A model generated the notes under the pieces. It saw nothing but the letters and a program-made list of their open reading frames with translations, was not told where the DNA came from and did not search any database. Below are positions 56,238-64,000 of a stretch of DNA of 64,000 nt, piece after piece. Position numbers and translations under genes: made by a program. This DNA is from Promethearchaeia archaeon (lineage in GTDB: Archaea; Asgardarchaeota; Lokiarchaeia; Sigyniarchaeales; SOKP01), in the NCBI GenBank assembly GCA_029856105.1, contig JAHQWH010000210.1, positions 6,813 to 70,812 of the forward strand. Direction: 5' to 3'. Every line of letters starts with the position of its first letter. Position 1 is the first letter of the stretch.

Positions 56238-57125
56238 TTACTTTTTTTCAAATGATTGAATAATCTCTACAGGGTTGCTTTCTATATGGTATTTCTTTTG
56301 AAAGAAGTTACACACATTTTTAATATCTCTTTCTAAAATTGATCTTGCGTTTGGGTGATCTGATGGAACCCATTGTAGCCAATCGATTATTAATATATTT
56401 CCTTTATTATCTACTACTATATTGAATTCTCCTAGATCACCATGGATCATGTTCGCTTCTTGATAAATTACTTTAATTTGTTTGATGATCTTGTTAAAAA
56501 TCTTACTTGGATTTTTAAGATTTTGATAATACGCTAATTCTTTTCCTCTTAAGTATGACATTACTATCATATGTCGATTAAATCCTATTGGTTTAGGGGT
56601 ATCTAATTTAAGTTCGTAGATTTTACCTAAAGCGTCAAATTCTTTTTTAGCGGCAAGTCTGTTAACATACAACCAAGATAAATGTTTTCGATTACCAAGA
56701 AAGCTTCTTAACTTCTTAATGTTTTTAAAACTGGTCCTTCCCATCCTATATATTTTTAAAGCGTAAATATTTTCATTATCGTCCATACAACCATAGACAT
56801 CTGATTCTTTACCTTTACCTATTATAGGTCCCAACTGACTAATTATCTCTTTCTCAACCAAGGTATGAAGACCTAGTACATCGTAACCAATAGAATTAAG
56901 TGTATATGCTATATCATTTTTAGAAGAATCTCTTACTATTAAATCTAATTTATGTACCTTTTTAAGACGAAATAAGGTTTCTTCTATTGGATTCCTAGAG
57001 TAGAATTTTATGTTATTTACCGTAACGTATTTAGATCTTTTCATTCCGATCTCAATTCCCATTAAAATTCTTAAATCTTCCTTATCCAGTTTTTTTTTCT
57101 CCAGTAATTTTGCTGCTTCAGCCAT
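56238..57125 (-). CDS. rio2: RIO-type serine kinase, Rio2
   Basis: N-terminal winged helix (LRILMGIEIGMK...FRLKKVHKL), the GKGKESDVYG loop, catalytic IHGDLGEFNIVV, and IIDWLQWV. Confidence 0.85.
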   Translation of the reverse strand: MAEAAKLLEKKKLDKEDLRILMGIEIGMKRSKYVTVNNIKFYSRNPIEETLFRLKKVHKLDLIVRDSSKNDIAYTLNSIGYDVLGLHTLVEKEIISQLGPIIGKGKESDVYGCMDDNENIYALKIYRMGRTSFKNIKKLRSFLGNRKHLSWLYVNRLAAKKEFDALGKIYELKLDTPKPIGFNRHMIVMSYLRGKELAYYQNLKNPSKIFNKIIKQIKVIYQEANMIHGDLGEFNIVVDNKGNILIIDWLQWVPSDHPNARSILERDIKNVCNFFQKKYHIESNPVEIIQSFEKK

Positions 57126-57222
57126 ATTGATTATCTTATTATTTCTTTTAATTTAAGACACTTATCTAAAAATTATTAAGTTATTATTTAAAAACATTTC
57201 TTTAAAATTGAAACTTAGCAGA

Positions 57223-58008
57223 TCAAAAAATATATTTTCTGTAGGCTATAATGAATGAAGTGAGTTTTTTCACGTTTGGTAACTCAAAAATCATAATGCC
57301 TGTAATAATTACAATTAAAAATATAAAGATGTCAGTTTGTTTAATATAGTAAATTGAAGCGGTTGATCCTTCTTGGAATAAAAACAAGAAAACTCCTTGT
57401 TGTAGATAAAACGCTATTCCGCTGCAAATTATCACGCCTAATAAGGAAAAAACAATAGCTTGATGTTCGCTCTCAAATATACCAATCGCAGTAATAATAA
57501 CAAAAGAAATCAAAGAAATTACTATTAATATATACGAAACATTGAGCCAATTACGGTACAGATCCGCACTAACCTCAAAATTATTGCCAATATTCGTCCA
57601 AGACAAAGATGAAGCTAAATTTAAAGCAGAAAATATCGGTAAAATCAAAGACACTACTAGAAAAATTAAATATAACCTTATTGTAATAAATCTTGTAAAC
57701 TTCTGGTGCTCTCTTTCGTCTTCTTGTTTTATTTCTTTTAACATTAAATCCAATTTATTTTGAATATAATCTGGAATTTCTTTCTTTAAAATAGATAATT
57801 GAAAATGTATGTGAGGATAGTTGGACATTAAATTTTCTATTAATTTATATCCTCTATTAAGTCTTTCTTTAGAGCTTTTTGGTCCGTTCCATAGATAGAT
57901 TATTTTACGCTCTTCATCCAAAATAGCGCATAAATCGTGGTAAAGTAAGCTTGTGCTTTCCTCGACCCATTTTTTATTAGGTTCGTTGAAAATGTATGTC
58001 TTCAGCAT
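57223..58008 (-). CDS. Gelsolin-like domain protein with a C-terminal polytopic membrane domain
   Basis: Residues ~15-90, LLYHDLCAILDEERKIIYLWNGPKSSKERLNRGYKLIENL..., fit the gelsolin-repeat core pattern. They are followed by at least four hydrophobic helices. The domain call is from pattern recognition only. Confidence 0.5.
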   Translation of the reverse strand: MLKTYIFNEPNKKWVEESTSLLYHDLCAILDEERKIIYLWNGPKSSKERLNRGYKLIENLMSNYPHIHFQLSILKKEIPDYIQNKLDLMLKEIKQEDEREHQKFTRFITIRLYLIFLVVSLILPIFSALNLASSLSWTNIGNNFEVSADLYRNWLNVSYILIVISLISFVIITAIGIFESEHQAIVFSLLGVIICSGIAFYLQQGVFLFLFQEGSTASIYYIKQTDIFIFLIVIITGIMIFELPNVKKLTSFIIAYRKYIF

Positions 58009-58128
58009 AGATAATCAATAATTTTTAACTCTAAATAATTTATATTTTTTTCTATATCTTCGCTATATTGTTAAAATAATAAATTTAGAAAAAATTAAAA
58101 TAACTAAAAGAAATCTGTTGAAAAAAAG

Positions 58129-59025
58129 TTATTCTTTTTCAATTCTTTCTTTAATCGCTTCCCATAGATCGCTAATATATCGTCTATAATTCTCAATTTG
58201 GCTATCAGAGATCGTCCTAAATCTTTTTTGGATTTTTAAATATTCCTCAATAGGTTTGCGTTTTGATGGGTCTAAAAATCTCTTACTATCTTTTGATAAA
58301 ATAAACTTACCGTTAATTACTTCATATAACGGCCAGAAACCCGTTTGAACGGCTAATCTCCCGATCTCAATTGAATCTTTTGGATTGTATCCCCATCCCG
58401 GAGGGCAAGGAGCAAGAATGTGAATATATTTTGGACCATAAATATTTTGAGCGTTCTTAAATTTATCGTATAGATCAAGCGGATACGACGAAATGGCTGT
58501 TGCAACGTAAGGGATGCCATGTGCCTCCATAATTTTAGCCATGTTTTTTTTGTATCCCACTTTACCAGTAGGAGTTGTAGTGCTAAAAGCACCAGGTGGC
58601 GTACTTCCACTTCTTTGAACACCTGTATTCATATACGCCTCGTTATCATAACAAGCAAAAATAAAGTTGGTTCCTCTCTCAGCCGCTCCGCTCAAACTCT
58701 GAATTCCAATATCTACGGTCCCACCATCTCCCGCAAACGCAACAACATTAACATCGGCTAATCCTTTATCTTCAAGCGAAGCTACAATTCCAGAAGCAGA
58801 AGCGCCCGTAGTGGCAAAAGGAGTATGAAGCACAGAAACTTTAGTGGTACAAAACCCTTGCATTCCGTGTAAAACAGTTAAGCACGAAGCGGGTACAGTA
58901 ATAATTGTTCTTGGCCCAAGGGCTTTTAGAGCAATTCTATATATTAACGCCATTGAACATCCTGCGCACGCTCTAGTACCGGGGTAAATAAATTCTTCTT
59001 CAGGTATATCCATTAATTTAACCAA
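58129..59025 (-). CDS. 2-oxoacid:ferredoxin oxidoreductase beta subunit (por/vor type, TPP-binding)
   Basis: CAGCSMAL near the N-terminus and the TPP motif AFAGDGGTVDIG...NEAYMNTG. Confidence 0.9.
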   Translation of the reverse strand: MVKLMDIPEEEFIYPGTRACAGCSMALIYRIALKALGPRTIITVPASCLTVLHGMQGFCTTKVSVLHTPFATTGASASGIVASLEDKGLADVNVVAFAGDGGTVDIGIQSLSGAAERGTNFIFACYDNEAYMNTGVQRSGSTPPGAFSTTTPTGKVGYKKNMAKIMEAHGIPYVATAISSYPLDLYDKFKNAQNIYGPKYIHILAPCPPGWGYNPKDSIEIGRLAVQTGFWPLYEVINGKFILSKDSKRFLDPSKRKPIEEYLKIQKRFRTISDSQIENYRRYISDLWEAIKERIEKE

Positions 59026-59031
59026 TATATT

Positions 59032-60327
59032 TTAACCTCCTTTGAAATATTCTGATTCGTCATAATCTCCTAAATCTTCCAATCTTAAACCAATAAAATC
59101 AGTTTCATGTGATATTATTCCTATTTCGGATTCTTCGATTGCTTTATACACGCCCTTTATAATATGTTGATCAGTAATATCTCTACCCCCTAACCCTACT
59201 ATAAATCCTTTAATAAAGGGGCTATTTTTCAAACCATATAAAGCAGCTTTCAACTCGTATGATAACACGCCTTCGTATCCATAACCAACATCCCTATCAA
59301 AAACGACGATTTGCTTTTTATTTTTGAAGAACTCTCTTAAATACGAGACGGGAAACGGTCTAAATAGCTTCAAGCTCACTAAACCAACTTTTAACCCGTC
59401 TTTTCGAAGTTTTTTAATAACATTTCGAGCTTGAGAAGCTACTGAGCCCATTGCAAAAATAATGGTATCAGCGTCCTCAGTTAAATGCGTCTTGTAAATT
59501 CCATTTCCGTAAGATCGCCCAAATTTGTCGGCAAATTCGTTATGAATCTCTTTGATCACTTCAATTGAATTTTCAAGAGCTTTTTGCATCGCATATCTAT
59601 ACTCAAAATACCCGGGAGCGACTCCTTCTTCACCCCGATCTCTTAAATGAGGTGTGGTGACAGGACCAATACCCTTCACTTGAGACATATCTGATAAATT
59701 AATATGATGCTTTAGGGGAGGTAGAAAACCATCAATATCTTCTTGATTTTCTAGGATTACTGGCATCATAGTATGGGACAATATATAACCATCATAGGCT
59801 ACAACTGTTGGAAGATAAACTCTTGGATCTTCCGCGATTCTAAAAGCTTGAATATTAGTATCGTAAATTTCTTGATTGTCCATACAAAACATTTGAATCC
59901 AACCAACATCGCGCATAGTAATAAAGTCTTGGTGATCCGTCCAAACCGACCAAGGGGCCCCTGTTGCTCTAGTTGCCAAATTTATTATTATCGGCAATCT
60001 GTTGCCCGCAGCCCACGGTAGCATTTCATACATGTACATCAATCCGTGAGACGATGTTGCCGTGCCCACTCTTGATCCTGTAGCCGAAGCTGCACAACAT
60101 ACCGCTAATGCGGAATGCTCTGATTCCACTTTAACAAAACGGGCATTCATTTTACCTTTCGAAACAAATTCTGCTACTTTTTCTACAACTGGACTTTGTG
60201 GAGTTATTGGGTACGCCGCAACGACGCCAACTTTAACTTGTCTGAGAGCTTGAGCTGCTGCATGGTTTCCTGTCAAAATCTTAATTTTATGACTAATTTT
60301 TTCAGATTTATTTTCTGTAATTGTCAT
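59032..60327 (-). CDS. 2-oxoacid:ferredoxin oxidoreductase alpha subunit
   Basis: LTGNHAAAQALRQVKVGVVAAYPITPQS and the SEHSA block. 431 aa. Lies 6 nt upstream of the beta subunit. Confidence 0.9.
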   Translation of the reverse strand: MTITENKSEKISHKIKILTGNHAAAQALRQVKVGVVAAYPITPQSPVVEKVAEFVSKGKMNARFVKVESEHSALAVCCAASATGSRVGTATSSHGLMYMYEMLPWAAGNRLPIIINLATRATGAPWSVWTDHQDFITMRDVGWIQMFCMDNQEIYDTNIQAFRIAEDPRVYLPTVVAYDGYILSHTMMPVILENQEDIDGFLPPLKHHINLSDMSQVKGIGPVTTPHLRDRGEEGVAPGYFEYRYAMQKALENSIEVIKEIHNEFADKFGRSYGNGIYKTHLTEDADTIIFAMGSVASQARNVIKKLRKDGLKVGLVSLKLFRPFPVSYLREFFKNKKQIVVFDRDVGYGYEGVLSYELKAALYGLKNSPFIKGFIVGLGGRDITDQHIIKGVYKAIEESEIGIISHETDFIGLRLEDLGDYDESEYFKGG

Positions 60328-60632
60328 TCAATTTTCACCTCTACCATTTTAATTGCATTTACAGGACATTCTTCCATACAAATTCCACATCCTTTACAAT
60401 ATTCTAAATCAATTATAGGAGGAATAGTCCTAGATACTACTGCTTCTGGACAATATAGCCAACAATTAAAGCAGCTAGGTTTTCCCGATTTTGCCGGAAT
60501 ACATTTTTCTAAATCAATTACGGGTTTTTTAGGGCTCCATGTGCCCGTTTTCCCAGCTTCCCCCTTTACGGGTTTTTGAACGGAACCTAAGATTTTTTGA
60601 TAATCCTTTTTCGTATTAGCCATAGATATCAC
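60324..60632 (-). CDS. 2-oxoacid:ferredoxin oxidoreductase delta subunit (2x[4Fe-4S] ferredoxin)
   Basis: CFNCWLYCP and CKGCGICMEECP motifs. Overlaps the alpha start by 4 nt. Confidence 0.85.
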   Translation of the reverse strand: MISMANTKKDYQKILGSVQKPVKGEAGKTGTWSPKKPVIDLEKCIPAKSGKPSCFNCWLYCPEAVVSRTIPPIIDLEYCKGCGICMEECPVNAIKMVEVKIE

Positions 60633-60881
60633 ACAAATTAATGAATAAAAGCCAATATAAAAATTAATAACTATTGAAATAAAACTCTTCCGATTAATTA
60701 AAATAGGGCTATTTAATAGAGCTAAAAGAAATTATCTAAGAAAAGGCGATTAATCTATTCATACAATATTATTTTAAAAAAAATGTTAGTCTTTCGAAAA
60801 AGAAAGAAATTTATATTCAACAATTTCATTATCTCTTTAGAAAAAAACATACATTATGAATAAGAATCACTTTTTTTGGTG

Positions 60882-63515
60882 ATGGATATAGATTATAATA
60901 AAGAAGAAGTTAGAGAAAAATTCAAGGATTTATTTGAACACTCTTTGGATTTAATTTATGTAAATGATTTATACGGCAATTTTCTCGATGCAAATGAATT
61001 GACTTTAATTTCTCTCGGTTACGAGAGGAAGGACATTCCTAATTTGACTTTTACTGATATACTTGACAGAGATAATTTGATTAAGGCATATAACACATTA
61101 AAGGAAGTAAAAAAAACGGGGAAACAATCTGCTCAGATGGAATACAAGCTTAAAACAAAAACGGGCGATTATATATTTATCGAAACATACAGCATTCCCT
61201 TAAAAAAAAATGATAGATTGTACGGAATATTAGGAATAGCCAAAAACATCACCAAACGGAAAAAAACAGCGCAAAAATTAAAAGAATCAGCAGAAATGTT
61301 CATAGCTTTATTTAAGGAAGGTCCAATTCCTACTTATACTTGGAGAAAAATTGGAGATGATTTTGCTCTCATTGACTTTAATAATGCCGCAGATAAAATA
61401 ACTCACGGGCATGTCGAAACTTTTTTAGGAACTAACGCGTCCGAGATGTACAAAGATCGTCCAGATATTTTGAACGATTTACATCTTTGTATAAACGAAA
61501 AAACTCATATTACGCGAGAAATGAAGTATAAATATAATTTCTCAAAGGAAGAAAAATATTTACTAGTAAATTACGGTTATGTAGGTCCTGATTTAATAAT
61601 TGTGAGCACAGAAGATATAACGGAAAGAAAAAAGGCAGGAGAGAAATTAAAGGAATCTGAACTTAAGTATCGCAATATGATTAATAACCTAGATGTTGGT
61701 TTTTACCAAGTATCTCTAGATGGTACGATGATAAACCATAATCCAGCCCATAATAAGATTCTAGAATATGATCAAACAGAGAGCCTCATAGGTAAAAGAG
61801 TAACAGATTTTTGGCAAGTTCCAGAAGATCGAGACGATTATTTAAAGCAGATATTAGAAAATAGTTATGCTAAGAATTACATCTGCCCATCCCTAACTAA
61901 AGAAGGTAAAAAAGTTGTTGTCCAATTAAATTCTCATTTAATGCGGAATAACGAAGGAAGTCCAATTGGTATTGAAGGAACTTTTATCGACATTACAGAA
62001 AAATACAATTTGGAGCATGAATTGAGAGAATCTGAAGAGAAATTCAGATCTATAGCCGAACAATCGTTATTGGGCATATGTGTAATACAAGATGATTTAG
62101 TTAAATTCATTAATAAACAATTTGCTGATCTATTAGGATATACAGTCGAAGAAGTAAAGGATTGGGAACCAGGTTGGTTTGCAAACGTTATTCATCCAGA
62201 TGATAGGGATTGGGTAATAGATCAAGCTACAAAGAAACAGTTGGGTTCAAACGATATAAGAAATTATTATCAATATCGCCTAATAAATAAATCTAAAAAA
62301 ATTATTTGGTTAGATAATTTCTCTAAATCAATTATATTTAGGGGCCGAAAAGCGAATTTAGTTACTGTTGTAAATATTACGGAAAGAAAAATTACTGAAC
62401 AAAAATTAAAAGAATCAGAGAGAAAATATCGTAATATCTATGAGAACACTCCTTTTTCAGTAGTATTAATCAATTCACAAGGTGTAGTTGTAGATGCTAA
62501 TCCAACAACCGAAGTAATTTTTGGTCATAAGATAGACGAAATAATTGGTAAAAAGTTTAAGGATCTTACAATAATACATCCAGATTACTTATCAACAATT
62601 TTTGCACTTTTTAAAAAGTTTGTAAAAGGAGAAAAAATGCACCGAATAGATATTCAAATACAAAGAAAGAATGGGACGACTTTTTGGGCAAATCTTCAAG
62701 CTGCTCTGATGAAAATCAGGGATGAAACATACGTTCAAGCTTTATTTACAGATATCACTAAAAAAAAAGAAGCTGAGTTCCTTGTTGACGAGGAATTAAA
62801 AAAATTGAAGGAACTTGATCAGTTAAGAAAAAATTTAATTTCGAGAGTTTCGCACGAATTAAAAACACCTCTTGTTTCAATTAGTGGAGGTTGTGAACTC
62901 CTTTTAACCCTATATGGAGAAAAGCTAAGTAAAGATGAATTAGAGTTAATAGAACTTATTGAAAAGGGAGGTAAAAGGCTAAAACATCTAGTCGAAAATT
63001 TAATTGATATATCTAGAATTGAATATAATAAATTCAAATTACAAAAAGAATCCAACGATCTGTGCGAACTTATTCGGGACGTCTCAAAAGAATTAATGTT
63101 TTTATTAAGAGAGAGAAAAACTAATTTAAACCTCACGCTTCCTGAGAGCTTTTTTTTGAAAATGGATAAAATTAGGATTGAACAAGTAATCATGAATTTA
63201 TTATCCAATGCCATAAAAAATACACCTCCAAAGGGGGACATAAAAATAGTTTTAAAAGAAAAGGAAGATTGGGCTGAAATCTCTATTAGCGATGCAGGGA
63301 TAGGTCTTACTCAAGAGGAAATGGATTTGATCTTCACTAGGTTTGGTAAAATAGAACGGTATGGGGAGGGTTACGAATATATCGACATCCAAGGCACTGG
63401 GTTAGGATTATTTATCTCAAAAGAGATAGTAGATTTGCACGAAGGGGAAATCAGGGCGGAATCAGAAGGAAGAAATAAGGGGAGTACATTTATCGTAAAA
63501 CTGCCAATATCTTAA
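60882..63515 (+). CDS. Multi-PAS sensor histidine kinase (about five PAS modules, HisKA, HATPase_c)
   Basis: Recurrent PAS S-box linkers (ITKRKKTAQKLKESAEMF, ITERKKAGEKLKESELKYRNM, ITEKYNLEHELRESEEKFRSI, ITERKITEQKLKESERKYRNI). H-box SHELKTPL, N-box LLSNAIKNTP, G-box GTGLGLFISKEIV. The ATG at 60882 is preferred over the TTG at 60876. Confidence 0.9.
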   Translation: MDIDYNKEEVREKFKDLFEHSLDLIYVNDLYGNFLDANELTLISLGYERKDIPNLTFTDILDRDNLIKAYNTLKEVKKTGKQSAQMEYKLKTKTGDYIFIETYSIPLKKNDRLYGILGIAKNITKRKKTAQKLKESAEMFIALFKEGPIPTYTWRKIGDDFALIDFNNAADKITHGHVETFLGTNASEMYKDRPDILNDLHLCINEKTHITREMKYKYNFSKEEKYLLVNYGYVGPDLIIVSTEDITERKKAGEKLKESELKYRNMINNLDVGFYQVSLDGTMINHNPAHNKILEYDQTESLIGKRVTDFWQVPEDRDDYLKQILENSYAKNYICPSLTKEGKKVVVQLNSHLMRNNEGSPIGIEGTFIDITEKYNLEHELRESEEKFRSIAEQSLLGICVIQDDLVKFINKQFADLLGYTVEEVKDWEPGWFANVIHPDDRDWVIDQATKKQLGSNDIRNYYQYRLINKSKKIIWLDNFSKSIIFRGRKANLVTVVNITERKITEQKLKESERKYRNIYENTPFSVVLINSQGVVVDANPTTEVIFGHKIDEIIGKKFKDLTIIHPDYLSTIFALFKKFVKGEKMHRIDIQIQRKNGTTFWANLQAALMKIRDETYVQALFTDITKKKEAEFLVDEELKKLKELDQLRKNLISRVSHELKTPLVSISGGCELLLTLYGEKLSKDELELIELIEKGGKRLKHLVENLIDISRIEYNKFKLQKESNDLCELIRDVSKELMFLLRERKTNLNLTLPESFFLKMDKIRIEQVIMNLLSNAIKNTPPKGDIKIVLKEKEDWAEISISDAGIGLTQEEMDLIFTRFGKIERYGEGYEYIDIQGTGLGLFISKEIVDLHEGEIRAESEGRNKGSTFIVKLPIS

Positions 63516-63538
63516 AATATGTATTTTCAAAAATGGAT

Positions 63539-64000
63539 CTATAATATTTTTGCCATGTTAAAACCTTGCTCAATTAATTCGTAGTTAAGGCTTCCTAATT
63601 TTTCACCCAATTTTTTCAAAATTACGTCTTTAAGATTTTCTAAGTGCAGGTCTGGTAATGCAACAACGAGCAAACCTAAAATTGGTGTATTTATTACAGG
63701 ATTTCCATCTATAGTTAAATTTTTTTCGAGTGCCAAATTATTAATATCCGCAACAATCACTTTTATGTTGCTGCTAAGATGATACTCTTTAACAAAATAT
63801 TCTGGTTTTTTATCGGAATTTATTATAAAAATTCCGTTGCTTTCCAAAGACGAGGCCACTTCTTTAGTTAAAACAGTCTCATCGAATACGATTAAAATAT
63901 TTGGGTTTTCAATTTGAGCGCGATCGTATACTTTTTCTTTTCGGGATAATTTTACGTATGCTTGAACAGGAGCACCTCTTCTCTCAGCACCGAACGAAGG
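63539..64000 (-). CDS. 2-oxoacid:ferredoxin oxidoreductase gamma subunit, N-terminally truncated by the window edge
   Basis: The reverse-strand frame is open from 64000. It reads PSFGAERRGAPVQAYVKLSRKEKVYDRAQIENPNILIVFDETVL... and continues into the ORF at 63539..63859. The GVxxAxSFGAERRG-type block is typical of por/vor gamma subunits. Confidence 0.85.
   Translation of the reverse strand, partial: PSFGAERRGAPVQAYVKLSRKEKVYDRAQIENPNILIVFDETVLTKEVASSLESNGIFIINSDKKPEYFVKEYHLSSNIKVIVADINNLALEKNLTIDGNPVINTPILGLLVVALPDLHLENLKDVILKKLGEKLGSLNYELIEQGFNMAKIL

Noticed and set aside
1-64000. Whole-window scan for rRNA, tRNA, CRISPR arrays, transposases/integrases, inteins and prophage genes.
   Set aside because: None was detected. 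No GC-rich ~75-nt islands occur in the intergenic regions, no regularly spaced repeats exist beyond those listed, no DDE/tyrosine-recombinase-like ORFs are present, and conserved genes have normal lengths.

Overview
This is an AT-rich archaeal chromosomal segment that is densely coding, with about 65 supportable CDSs. I found no rRNA, tRNA, CRISPR array, transposase or integrase. No GC-rich island typical of a structured RNA stands out in any intergenic gap.

The content falls into three groups:
- **Archaeal housekeeping:** thermosome, RNA polymerase subunit D, ribosomal proteins L18e/L13/S9, an Sm-like protein, Rio2 kinase, a Clp1-like polynucleotide kinase, TrmI, TrpRS, AroA/AroC and GlyA.
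- **Anaerobic C1 and energy metabolism:** a tight hdrA(-mvhD)-hdrC-hdrB-metV-metF operon, a second metV-metF pair running off the left edge, a four-subunit 2-oxoacid:ferredoxin oxidoreductase, and GTP-dependent PEPCK.
- **Eukaryote-like signalling and cytoskeleton proteins:** a Rag/Gtr-like GTPase with a roadblock-like tail, an MglA/CvnD-like GTPase with a winged-helix tail, a gelsolin-like domain protein, and a PPP-family phosphatase.

This combination, together with the low GC content, suggests an Asgard (Lokiarchaeia-like) archaeon. That is an inference, not a demonstrated result.

I see no convincing defence island or mobile element. The most unusual items are:
- a gelsolin-like domain fused to a polytopic membrane module;
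- a 1161-aa tandem HdrA-HdrA-MvhD fusion with complementary domain losses;
- a candidate eukaryote-type (circularly permuted) ATP-grasp ligase next to Clp1;
- a por operon split by an opposite-strand five-PAS histidine kinase;
- a zinc-ribbon mini-ORF interrupted by an in-frame TAA;
- a perfect 31-bp tandem repeat with palindromes between the thermosome gene and an Lrp/AsnC gene.

All functional calls come from motif recognition by eye. No database search was run.
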